NCBI GenBank assembly: GCA_023205875.1
Contig: CP060754.1
Span: forward strand, 868,001-932,000
Reading direction: 5' to 3'
Origin: Chloropicon primus
Taxonomy: Eukaryota
DNA: 64,000 nucleotides
The position numbers and the translations under genes were made by a program. Below the pieces are notes generated by a model. That model searched no databases. It was not told the DNA's origin and was given only the letters and a program-made list of their open reading frames with translations. Shown here piece after piece: positions 12,912-23,417 of this stretch (positions are counted from its first letter, which is position 1; every line of letters starts with the position of its first letter).

Positions 12912-13521
12912 GGTTCTCGACCGCGTTCCCCGTACCCTCCGCGACCCCGACCTCCTCTTCCCCTGCCGGTCTTCGCTCCCTTTCCGTCCCCCCAACCGTT
13001 TTGTTTTTGGGGGAATTTAACGGGCATCCACGTTACAGTCATTTAAGACATTAACGCAGTTAACACTCCAATTAACGCTGTCCAATCCTCGTGCTGCTGT
13101 TGCCCTGCTCGGCCCGAAACGGGTCGGCTTTTGTTCGGGAACGTGCGGTGTGTTGGGAACGGGAGCTCAGGCGGCTCGACCTGTCTACCCCGCCCGTCAA
13201 ATAACCCAATGGCAGGTTACCCACACCGGACTACTACCCAATGGCGTGCGGTCATTTTGGTCGAGACCAAGATTGGCGGACCTTTGGAGTGAGGGCGACG
13301 AGAGAAGGGGTGCGCTGGTGGCGAGTCCCGTCGAGAACAGTCTCCGAATGTTCATCGATCACGCAGTCAGACGGCTCTCTTGTTGGCGACTTGCTCCACG
13401 GCGCGGGACCGGGGGAGTTGGCCTGCTCGAGAGGTGCCCTTTTTTCTGAATAATCCGACCACAAGGGGCTCATCTATTAACCACGTTAATCAGAAACGCG
13501 ACCCAGGCATTCCTCGCCTCC

Positions 13522-14057
13522 TCACGGAACGACAACGGTCCAAGGCTTGATCTTGTAGCCGGTCACCAAGCCATTCTGGACGTACGCATCGTTCTGGACA
13601 TAAGCTTCGATATCCTCCTTGCTGACGTTTTTGAAGATGAAAAGTGCGCCGTCCACGGGGTCCGCGAAGGCCCCTGCCATGGCCATCCTGTCCTCTGCCG
13701 CCTAACCGAACCAAATGCAGTCGAAAAGTCAGCTCCCATATTCTCTTTCGCTCGTTCGCGTGTCATAATGCTGGTTTCCCTCTCGTGCGTCCTTACCATC
13801 TTCTTCGCAGCTTCGATGTGCGCCGCTCTGAAAGGACCCCTCTTGTCCAGGATGTCTGGGACGTAGTCGTAGATCAAGACGCTGTACGAGTCGCCATCGC
13901 CAGCAGCAGAAGAAGACGCGAAGGTAGCCCTCGCTCCCTTGCGAGGAGTCAGGGCCTTCCTCACGTCGCGCCTCGCCAGGCCCACGCGATTCTGGCTGCT
14001 GACCGCTGCTCGGGCAATCCGCGCAAGGCTCCCGACGTGTGCACACCTCGAAATCAT
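13522..14057 (-). CDS. YCII-related protein with organellar presequence; exons 14057-13797 and 13701-13522
   Basis: YDYVPDILDKRGPFRAAH spliced to AGAFADPVDGALFIF...DAYVQNGLVTGYKIKPWTVV; phase-0 intron 13796-13702. Confidence 0.85.
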
Positions 14058-14255
14058 AACGTCGCTGTTGTTCTCGCCACTCCCTTTCCCTTCTTCGCCA
14101 AGTCACCCTCCCTGTCTGTGTTTGTCTCTCTGTCTCTGTCTCTGTCTCTGTGTCTCACCTTCGTCAGCAACTCCTTTCTCCGCTCCCCCGGGCTTGACTG
14201 GTTGGTTGGGTTCAAAAAACTGACAGACCAGTGACAGTTTTGGGGGACACAGAGG

Positions 14256-15464
14256 ATGCACTCCCCGTACAGGAAGGGGAGGAAGCAAGGCAAGGGGGAG
14301 AGGAGGTCCCTCCTGAATGCTGCCGCTTTCCAGGACCACATGGCGAGGCTCATCTCTTTGCCTTCCGGAGGTGCCGGCCCCGTGTCCACTTCGGGCGTGG
14401 TGCAGGTGCGGAGGACCGCGAGCTCCAGGGGGGGTGCAGACGAAGGGAAAGGGCGAGATGAGGGGGAAGTCGTCGGCAGGGGGCATAGGCTGACGCTCGC
14501 CCAAAAGTACGGCTTGGTGTCCGCGCCAAGATCAAAGCTTGACGAATACGAGTGGATGCAGGCCCACGCTCAGTCCGTGCAGAGGGAGGACGTCAAGCAC
14601 GGCTGCCCTATCTGTTACGAGGACTTCAAAGGCGAGGATCGGGTACTTCTGAGCTGCAGTCACATGTTCCACAAGCACTGCTTGCGTTCGTTCGAGAGGT
14701 TCACGAAACAAAAGTGCTGCCCCATATGCAGGACGCTGCAGTACCAAAAGAGGGTGGTGACCAACGCGAAGGAGTTGTACGAGGAAGATTGCGCCACCTG
14801 CATCCAAAAGTATTATCGGAGGAGACTGGCGCAGAAGCGGTACAAGGTAGCCCTCGCCATGAGGGTTCCAAACGACGAGAAGGAGAGGCAGGAGTGGTGC
14901 GCCACGAGGTTTAGCGAGACCAATAACAAGCTCATCGAGAGGCTCGAGGAGGAGGACGACAGCATTGAGAGGCTCCTCGCTGACTTGGACAGGAAAATAT
15001 TTTTCAGCAGGACTGCCAGGGAGATCGCTGACACTTCCCTCCGGGAACCAAGGGACGATCGCGGGGCAGAGGACTCGAGCGCCGCTTCGAACGGGAAGGG
15101 TGCAGGGCATCCGAAAGAGGAGAAGAGGTAAGTTTGCAGTTTTTGATGATCCCGGTTTCACTCTACTCGGCGCACTGACACGGTCTCCCACCTCCTGCCT
15201 TTCCCGGAACGCAACAGGGAAATCGACTGGGAGGGCTTGAAGTCCAAAGCCAGGAAGAGGAAGGACAAGACTTGCCCCATTTGCATTGGCCCCTTGGCGA
15301 GAAAGCTCCGGGGCGACATCGCCCTTCTCAGCTGCTCGCACTGTTTTCATGAAGACTGCATTCATCTCTTCGAGCTCTTCCAGCAAGCGGAAGACAGCAA
15401 GCCCATCTGCCCCCTGTGCAGGTGTGAGTACGAGAAGAAAGTCATCCCTAACACTGAACTTTAA
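14256..15464 (+). CDS. RNF32: RNF32-like RING-IQ-RING protein; exons 14256-15127 and 15218-15464
   Basis: LTLAQKYGLV, RING1 CPICYEDF..LLSCSHMFHKHCLRSFE..CPICR, IQ-like IQKYYRRRLAQK, and RING2 CPIC..LLSCSHCFHEDCI..CPLCR after a phase-2 intron. Confidence 0.8.
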
Positions 15465-15586
15465 TCTCATAGCACACTAGTCAGGCCCCAACCCAGAGAA
15501 GCCATCCCGTTCCCAATCTTGCCCACCCATCGGTTCTCCCTCCTCTCCAAAAACAAAAAAAAAGCGAAGAGGAAGAGGGAGGAGAG

Positions 15587-16866
15587 ATGGCTGCCACCAC
15601 CACGCCCGAGGGCGCGAACGAAGGTAAGTCGACGACCGGGGGCGGGAGCCTGTGCGGACCCCGACGGGCCTGTTTCCGAGCGGGACTAACGCGGTATCCC
15701 CTTGGCCAAACGAACGCGTGTCGTTCGTGATCCAAAACTTTTTCTGGTTGCTCTTGTAGGGTGTCCTGGAACACAGGACGAGAATGCGGGGAGAGCGAAC
15801 GCGTGCGCGGGCTGCCCGAACCAGGAGATATGCAAGACGGCCCCCAAAGGGCCAGACCCGGACGTGGAGTACATCAGAGCCAAGCTGAGCAACGTGAAGC
15901 ACAAGATCCTCGTGCTGTCTGGAAAGGGTGGAGTGGGCAAGAGCACCTTCTCATCGCAGCTCTCCCTGTCTCTGGCACGCTCGGAGACTTCGGAGGTCGG
16001 GCTCCTCGACATCGATATCTGCGGGCCGTCCGTACCGAAGATGATGGGCCTCGAGGGGGAGGAGGTCCACCAGAGCAACAACGGCTGGTCGCCGGTGTAC
16101 GTGCAGGACAATCTTGGTGTCATGTCCATTGGTTTCATGCTTCCCAATCCGGACGACGCTGTGGTGTGGAGGGGGCCAAGGAAAAACGCGCTGATCAAGC
16201 AATTCTTGAGGGACGTGGACTGGGGGGATCTGGACTACCTGATCGTGGACTCCCCCCCCGGAACCTCGGACGAGCACATCTCGCTGGCACAGTTTCTGAG
16301 CCTGAACGCGGACGCGGACGGAGCCATCATAGTGACCACTCCGCAAGAGGTGTCCATCATCGACGTGAAGAAGGAGATCAACTTTTGCAGGAAGGTGGGG
16401 ATAAAGGTGCTAGGCGTGGTGGAGAACATGAGTTACCTGTCCCTGCCCCTGACAGAGTTGAAGATTCAAGACTTGAGCGATCCGGGTAGAGACCTTGGTG
16501 CAAAGTTCGCGGAGTTCGTGGAGAAGGAAGGACTGAAGGACTGCTTTGCCTTTGCCCAAATCTTCCCTCCCACGAAGGGGGGGGCGGAGCAGATGGCTAA
16601 GGAGATGAAGGTCCCATTCCTTGGAAGGATTCCCTTGGACACCCGGGTGGCCATGGCCGCCGAGAAGGGAGAGTCGGTACTCGACACCGGCTCGGGTTCT
16701 GGCTGCAAGGCGTACAAGGAAATCGTTGCAGGTACGCACTCGTATTCTTTTTCGTGACACATCAAGTCCCCCGCCTTTTTGGTTTCATACTAACTAACCG
16801 CTCCTGCCGCATTCTCGTACACACCCAGTCGTTGCGAAGAGTCTTGGGGAAGACCTTGAACTGTAA
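15587..16866 (+). CDS. NBP35: Cytosolic Fe-S cluster assembly factor NBP35; exons 15587-15623, 15760-16731, 16829-16866
   Basis: N-terminal [14 protein letters not shown] cluster motif, [35 protein letters not shown] and GVVENMS; both introns are phase 1. Confidence 0.92.
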
Positions 16867-16875
16867 TAGAAAACT

Positions 16876-17083
16876 TTAAATCTTATGAATCCACTCCCAA
16901 ATCGCAGGCGGGGTCTTCATGGGCGTCCACCGAGACATGGGGGTGGCCACAATGCTTGTCTCTACCAAAGGCATTCCCCCAAACATGTCCACGAACTTGG
17001 TGACGCACTCGCTCCGTTTCTTGTGTAATTACATGGCAGGAGCAGGAACACAATTTCGACACGTCAGTCTTCTCTCTGCCGAG

Positions 17084-17118
<35 letters not shown>

Positions 17119-18139
17119 AAAATACTTACGTCGTAGTGGTTTGCTCCTGTGCTGATCCCACCCTTGAAGTCCATCACCCCGGAGTCTGAGTAAGACCCCT
17201 GAACCCAGATGGGGGGCAAGCCAGTGAGGTTGGAGATCATGAACTGCATCGCGATGTCCTCGCAGTTCCTAGACACACAACGGCAAAGCGGTCAGATTAA
17301 CGCGCGAGAAAACCAAGGGGTGAGACGACTTACTTGTTCCTGTGGACGTGCATCCAGACGTCCCTCGGAAGCTCCTCTGTGTACTTTTGAAAATACTTGT
17401 GATGGCAGAAGGCCGCTTTGGTGAGGACCATGCTATACGTCCCTCCCCACCAAACGTGCCACCATTGCTTGTATCCGTACTTGCACTCCCCCGAGTTCTT
17501 AGAGTGTATCCTAGGATTGTACCCCACGAGCGTGTCTCGAGCTGTTCTCCAAGTCTGAAACCCAAAGTACAAGGAAGAGCACTCAACCAATATATCGTCG
17601 TCCACGTTGAACACGCCTTCCGTCCGCAAGCCTTCCAGAGGTCTGAACCTGTTGTTTATGGAGTTGTTCGCGTGCATGTCGAAGATGACGGGCAAAGTCG
17701 TCAGCTCGGCAAGGTGCCTCGGGGGCTCCCCGCCCTCGGACCAAGAGATCCGGATGGAGTCCACAGCCTTGCAACGCGAGTAGTGTTTTACCGACTTCAC
17801 CAGCCTCTCTGGCCTCTTGAACGTGTTCACGACAATCGTGTACCTCTCCTTTGCCACCTCGTCCCGGCTCGCCGTTCCTTTGCAGTACCCCGGGTCCACG
17901 TCCGATACCCGCCAGAGGAAAGACGTCGTGAGGAACAACAGAGTCACCAGCACCACCACCAGGGGCACGACACCCGGTCCCTTCCTGCTCCCTCGGACCC
18001 TCCAGCACTCCCCTAAGCGCGACTTCAGCTTCAGCTGCAGCAGCCTCAGCGTTCGTCCCGGCATCCCCGTCCCGCTGTACCCCCCTCCCTTCCCCTTCTC
18101 CTTCGACGCGCTCAACTCCGCCTCGAGGTCCTCGTCCAT
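16876..18139 (-). CDS. Glycosyltransferase family 64 (EXTL2/EPC1-like) type II membrane protein; exons 18139-17334, 17268-17130, 17019-16876
   Basis: TM anchor, YTIVVNTFKR, NSINNRF, VDDD, LVGYNPR, YSMVLT, NCEDIAM and HYDKRSECVTKF..FGGMPL after splicing. Confidence 0.88.
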
Positions 18140-18210
18140 CGCGCGCGTTTTGTCCTCCAAACGAAAACTGTCAGCTCAGACTTTAGAGCTGGCGCTCGAG
18201 GGGGAGGAGG

Positions 18211-19745
18211 ATGAGGATGAGAGGGGTTGCAAAGGGGAAGGGGGGGCAAGGGGGGGCAAGGGACCGATGCCGGGTGGGTAGGACTCTGAATCGGACACCT
18301 CGAGGTGTGGGTCGTAGGGTTCTGACCACAAGGAAGGTCTTCCCTCTTCCCTTGGAGATGGGAGATCTTCAGATCCAGGGGGGATTATTGGGCTCGGCTG
18401 CAGTGGTAGCAGCGTGCGTGGGAGGTTGGGCGTGGGAGCTTGGGAACTGCGAGCCAGCGAATGCGGGGAGGGCTGTCACTGGGAGCGGGGGGGGCAGGAC
18501 CTACGTCCTGGGCGTGGTGCCTTTTTTCCTGGCGACGCCTTTCTTTGCCCGGGCAACGTTTCGGACGGAGATCATCAAAGGCAGAGTGTGGGGCTTTGAG
18601 CAGAAGCAAGGAATAGGTCTGGGCTTGAACACGAGCGTGAACACAAGAATGACGATTTTGAGGCTGCGCTGCGGGGGTCTCCTCGTTTACAACCCCATTG
18701 CGCCGACCAAGGAATGCAGGAATCTGGTTAGGGAGCTCGAAGAGGAGCTGGGAGAACTTGTGCAGTTGATTGTGTTGCCCACGACCCTCTACGAGCACAA
18801 GCAATTCCTCAAGCCCTTTTCCAAGGCCTTTCCGCAAGCGAGGGTGCTTGTCTCGCCGGGCCAGTACACGTGGCCAATCAATCTCGGCAGCAGAAACGCA
18901 GGATGTGCCAAGGCAGAATTGTTAAGCGACCAGCTTCAGCTTCCAGATGAGATCGAGTGTGCCGTGTTGGACCTCCCACCGATAGGTCTGAGCCAAATTG
19001 TGCGCTTCAGCGAGGCGGCACTGTTCCACCCGGAGCTGAAGGTGTTAATGGTTTGCGACGCGGTGATCAGTGTGGGCAAGAAACCGGTGGTGCCGATCAG
19101 CAGAAGGGACTTAGAAGAATGGGCGGACGACCGGAACACGGCGATCACGGGCCTTCGACTCCTTGGTCTGTTTGGGGTGAGGGAGAGATGGAATGACTTG
19201 AGGGCCGCGAGGTCCCTCAAGCAGCAGGATCCTGCGGAGCGAGGGGCGGAGAAGTGTGCGATGTCTTTGGGCTGGCAGCGGATGGCGATGACGTCGTTGT
19301 ATTTCGGCCAAGCGGATGTTCTGAGGCCGTCCAAGAGCTTTGAGCAATTATCGAGCCGGCTGGTTGTCCCTCCGGTCTTGGGAACTCTCGTTTACGGGCC
19401 TGGGAAGACGGACGAGGTTGCAGCAGTCGTGGAGAAATGGAGCGGGAAGGTGGCAGAGTGGAAGTTCTCAACAGTGTAAGTAGTCTGCCGAGTCCGACGA
19501 AGACCCGACCTGACATGATCCACTCTTCTCTCCACTCACTCCGCAGGATCCCTTCGCATTTCGACGTCGTCTCAGCGACAAGCCGGGACTGGAAGTCGGC
19601 CTTCGAGGTTTGGACGCAGGAGAGCCCCTCGTGGACTTACCCAAAGGACGACATCAAGTGCTTGCTGCAGGTTCGTGACTTCCTCTTGAGGATTGGTGTG
19701 ATCTTTGACAAAACCACTCGACCTAATCGCTCAACAACACTGTAA
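18211..19745 (+). CDS. DUF4336 domain protein (probably plastid); intron 19476-19546; start uncertain (18211 or 18358)
   Basis: RTEIIKGRVWGFEQ, RMTILRL, NPIAPTKEC, YEHK, FSEAALFH and, after splicing, VIPSHFD. Confidence 0.78.
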
Positions 19746-19922
19746 CACTGTAATTCTAATCCACACGTCCCCCTTCGTCCGCCGTTCTCAACTGTCATCT
19801 CATCTCTCTCTGTTTTTTTTCGCGCCAAGGGGGGGAACAGCTGTCGAGTCGCCAGCCCTCTCGTCGGTCGTCCTTTCGTCCTCGCCCTCCCTAGGCAGAC
19901 AAAGGGGAGGAAGAAGGCAGAC

Positions 19923-21620
19923 ATGGTGGGCGTGCAGGTGAGGGAGGCCTTAGGCCAACACCTGCGGGAGAGCGTCCTGTCGGAGTGGACGGACGAGGAG
20001 AGGCGGAGGGGCGGGAGCGACGAAGAGGGCGTGGCTCTCGGGTGCTACAAGAGGCTCCTCCTCACCGACCTGAGGCGCACGGCGAAGCCCGAAGGGATCG
20101 GGGCCGTGAACATACAGACGCAGCAAAGGGGGTTCCTCGAGGGGACGAGGATCATACAGATCAACGAGGCCTTCAACTGCGCGGCTCCGGCAAAGCAGAG
20201 GTTCGACCCGAAAGCGTGGTCAGAGAGGACGAGGTGCTTGAAGATGCACTGCACGGACGGGAGGCAGGATTTTGTGGCGATAGAGTACCACCACGTAGCG
20301 GCGCTTCCGTCCGAGGTGCCCGCGGGGCTGAAGGTTCTCGTGAAGGACGCTCCGATTCGTCGCGGAGCTCTGCTCCTGTCGCCCGGCTGCGTCCACGTCT
20401 TGGGGGGCGAGGTAAGGCCGCTGCAAGAAGCGAACCAGAAGAAAGTCAGGCAGTGGAACGAGGTAGTCAGCGGCCAGCTTGGGATAAAAAAAGAGCAGCA
20501 CATCGACTCGATCAAGAAGCTCCTCGGTCGTGTCACGGTGACAGCTTTGGGCACCGATGCGATAGGGGATTCTCCACCTGCCCCAGTGGTGGCAGCAGAG
20601 ACCGCCACGACGTCAAGGGTGCTGCCGCCGAGGGAGCTTGGTTCGCAGAGCAGACATCGAGGGCGAACGGATGGCAGCCAGGGCCCCTCGCCCTTGATTC
20701 CCCAGAGGAAGAGGAGGCTCTCCCCCACCGGCGTGGGGACCCAGCAGACAGTCGAGACGGCAAACGACAGCGTGACGCCCATGTCCTCGAGCACGCCAAG
20801 CCAGATGCTTGGCGAAGGAAACACCGGCCCCTCTCTCTCCGGTCCCCCTCAGGTTCCACAACACATGGAGAGCCTCAGTGACCCGAGGGGGGCTTCTCCC
20901 CTCGCCTCTTGGCGGAGCCAAGGTGTGAGCGCGAGCGGTCTGGAGCCGAGTCCGCGCAGATCGTCCTTCCAGCTGCCCGTATGGGCCGAGGACGCTGCCA
21001 ACGAGATGGCGGAGAGGTGCACGAACGACGTGGAGATAAGGGAGAGCCAGGATCTTTCTCCCGCCAATCCAGGCTTTGTGGCATCGCAGGCTGAGGCGGA
21101 TTCTGACTCCCACAAACGCGTGGACGTGGACCTTGTGAGCGACAGCGAGGACAGCATCTTCCTTGAAGACGACATGGACGTGGAAGAGGGGGCAGTTGTG
21201 GTACCTGAAAGTGGCCAGCTTCCTGGCGTCGGAACCCTTCTTTGCCGCTTGGCGAACCTGGAGAAAAGTCTGCAGAAAGGTTCCGGTCGGGTCACGGTTA
21301 TGGGGACAATCAACAGCTTGGTCAGCTTCTCGGTGCACGACGGCGTGCTGGTGACCATAGAGGATGGCAGCGACGTCACCGAGGTGGCCATCTGCGAGAG
21401 GCTCTTCCAAAGGCTCTTCGGAAAACGTCCAAAGGAATTGAAGCACGCGAGCAAGGCTGAGAGGGAGGATCTGCAGAAAAGGCTGGGGGAGCACCTGCGA
21501 TCTTGGGAGGGGACAATGGGAATCGAAAGGGCGCCCGACGGGAGAATCACCGTGGTGGACATGAATCGAGCGGATGCGGTCTCGCTCTCGCTAGAGCTTC
21601 TCGGCGACCTCGGATTCTAG
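19923..21620 (+). CDS. RMI1: RecQ-mediated genome instability protein 1
   Basis: LLLTDLR; OB-fold RCLKMHCTDG..AIEY..PAGLKVLV..IRRGALLL..VLGGEV; disordered linker; C-terminal OB with VTIEDGS. Confidence 0.85.
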   Translation: MVGVQVREALGQHLRESVLSEWTDEERRRGGSDEEGVALGCYKRLLLTDLRRTAKPEGIGAVNIQTQQRGFLEGTRIIQINEAFNCAAPAKQRFDPKAWSERTRCLKMHCTDGRQDFVAIEYHHVAALPSEVPAGLKVLVKDAPIRRGALLLSPGCVHVLGGEVRPLQEANQKKVRQWNEVVSGQLGIKKEQHIDSIKKLLGRVTVTALGTDAIGDSPPAPVVAAETATTSRVLPPRELGSQSRHRGRTDGSQGPSPLIPQRKRRLSPTGVGTQQTVETANDSVTPMSSSTPSQMLGEGNTGPSLSGPPQVPQHMESLSDPRGASPLASWRSQGVSASGLEPSPRRSSFQLPVWAEDAANEMAERCTNDVEIRESQDLSPANPGFVASQAEADSDSHKRVDVDLVSDSEDSIFLEDDMDVEEGAVVVPESGQLPGVGTLLCRLANLEKSLQKGSGRVTVMGTINSLVSFSVHDGVLVTIEDGSDVTEVAICERLFQRLFGKRPKELKHASKAEREDLQKRLGEHLRSWEGTMGIERAPDGRITVVDMNRADAVSLSLELLGDLGF

Positions 21621-21652
21621 GAGAAATTTGTAAACTACGTATCCCACATGTA

Positions 21653-22936
21653 CTAAAGAACAGCGACAAGCAACTCCGACGAAACGTCTCCGTTCATAGT
21701 CTTCCCGTGATCCTGGAAGAAGAGCACAAGCTCTTTGATGAACAGCTTTGCGGCGTTGTTCTCTCGTCGTTCCTTGACTTGTGCCAAAAAACACTTCCAA
21801 GATCCAGACAGGTCGTACTCGTCTGCCAGGATAAGAGCTGTCATCAAGCTTTGGCTAGATTCCCTAATCCGAAGATCCATCGCGCAAGGCCGATTCATTA
21901 CGCCCCTCTTGTAGGCTTGGGGGTTATCGTTGTCGCAGCCCGTGCTCGAGCACCTGTGACACTTGTCAGTCAAAAGGAGAGGAGCCCAGTCCCTTAAATA
22001 GATCGTGATGGCTTCGTCGAGGAGTTGCGTGACCGTATCAGCCCGCAGGAACCGACCCGCGTCGAGGAGGGAGTCAAAAGTGCAGACGTCAAGGGGTGCC
22101 GTCGTTTGCCTCGTCGCCCTCGTTATACGGGCTACTATCGTGACCCTGTCGTCGACGATGTAGCCCTTGCTGGGATTGAACAGGTCCCCAATCTCAACAC
22201 GGGTCCGGAATCCCCAGCTCCCCATCGTGATGGTGAAGGACTGTCGCCCTTGGTACTTTTTGGTCATGCCGGGGTCCTTGTGGTTCACCAGGGACAGCTC
22301 GAAGCACGTGAACCGGCTCCAGCACTGCGGCAGAGTGGCCAAGTTTTCGGCTAGTTCTAGGAAAACGGACAAGCGGTCACGATCGTCCGCGTTGCTGTCT
22401 TTGTCTTTGAGGTGCATCGCGACACGCCACTTGCAGCCGGCGGCGACGAATTCGGGGGATTTGATTCCCGGCGCCTCCACTTTGCTCAGCCCGGCAGGAT
22501 CCCAAGTGAACGTCGCGCCCTCCAGAGAATCCTTCATCGAAAGCTTGAGGGGAAACCTGTTAAACAGACCGGCGAGGTCTTGAGCCTTGCAGAAAGTGGA
22601 GCTGTACAGCAGAGACACGACTTCCACGAGGGCTTTCCACCTCCCTGCCGTGAAGAGCTCCTCCGGAAGTTTCATGTGCGCGGCGCGATACGACGTCGAA
22701 GTCGACTCCTCCTCCTCCTCCGCTTCCCCTGAAGCCTGAAGGCTGAGGGCCGACAAGTCGTCTCGCGTGCCCTCGAAAACGAAGTCGCGCACCAGGCCAC
22801 TCCTCTGCGCCATGTACATCGCGTCCAGGTACATCTTATCGTCCTTGTAGCTCACGATGAGCGAGGCGTGCGGACTCGGCTCGCAAAAGGCTCTGAAAGG
22901 AGGAGGCTCCTCCTGGTTTCCGTCCCCCCCCCTCAT
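21653..22936 (-). CDS. MATH/TRAF-domain protein with flanking BTB/BACK-like segments
   Basis: MATH motifs FTW, SPEFVAAGCKWRV, LSVFL, FELSLVN, SWGF and GYIVDDRVTIVARI; BTB-like helices on both sides. Confidence 0.8.
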   Translation of the reverse strand: MRGGDGNQEEPPPFRAFCEPSPHASLIVSYKDDKMYLDAMYMAQRSGLVRDFVFEGTRDDLSALSLQASGEAEEEEESTSTSYRAAHMKLPEELFTAGRWKALVEVVSLLYSSTFCKAQDLAGLFNRFPLKLSMKDSLEGATFTWDPAGLSKVEAPGIKSPEFVAAGCKWRVAMHLKDKDSNADDRDRLSVFLELAENLATLPQCWSRFTCFELSLVNHKDPGMTKKYQGRQSFTITMGSWGFRTRVEIGDLFNPSKGYIVDDRVTIVARITRATRQTTAPLDVCTFDSLLDAGRFLRADTVTQLLDEAITIYLRDWAPLLLTDKCHRCSSTGCDNDNPQAYKRGVMNRPCAMDLRIRESSQSLMTALILADEYDLSGSWKCFLAQVKERRENNAAKLFIKELVLFFQDHGKTMNGDVSSELLVAVL

Positions 22937-22999
22937 CGTGAGACCTCGCCCGGGATGAAAAGTCCACTCCACCTCTCCCCTCCCCTCCCTCTCCTCCCT

Positions 23000-23026
23000 C
23001 TAAAACCTAAAACCTAAAACCTAAAA
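23000..23026. repeat. Telomere-like (CCTAAAA)n / TTTTAGG repeat, nearly 4 units
   Basis: ctaaaa-cctaaaa-cctaaaa-cctaaaa in the divergent promoter region between the MATH gene and CCT3. Confidence 0.8.
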
Positions 23027-23274
23027 TCTCCGCGCCTCCATTTTTTTGAAAACTCCGGGAGAACGAGTACCTTGGCGTTTGCGCACAACACAAGAGACGA
23101 CGGACGGACGACGTGCGACCGAGACGGGGCACGAGGAAAAGGGGACGACAAGGTGAGGGGCGAAAGCGGCGTCGGGTGATGTGATCTTTCCCTCCGTCTC
23201 TTCTCTTCGCGCGAGGGGGTTCGACGGGAAAGGGCTTTTTTGGCTTGCTTTTTGTTCTTCTCCAAGTGATCTAA

Positions 23275-23307
<33 letters not shown>

Positions 23308-23417
23308 CACTCGCTCCCTGTTATTCTTCTTCTTCGTCTTCTTGCTGTTGCTGTTGCTTTTCCTGTTCGTGTTCCTCTTCTCTTGCTCCGCCTGTTTGTG
23401 GGCAGACAAAAGCAATC

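Noticed and set aside
13180..13226. Short matches to SSU rRNA motifs (CCGCCCGTC and, on the other strand, GGGTAACCTGCC)
   Set aside because: Short, on opposite strands and not collinear; not an rRNA fragment.
15144..15178. TGATGA...CTGA pair in the RNF32 intron as a snoRNA
   Set aside because: Only 25 nt between the boxes, no terminal stem, no rRNA guide, and the CTGAC is the branch point.
23000..23026. Telomerase RNA template
   Set aside because: Nearly four repeat units is too long for a template, and no surrounding structure was evident.
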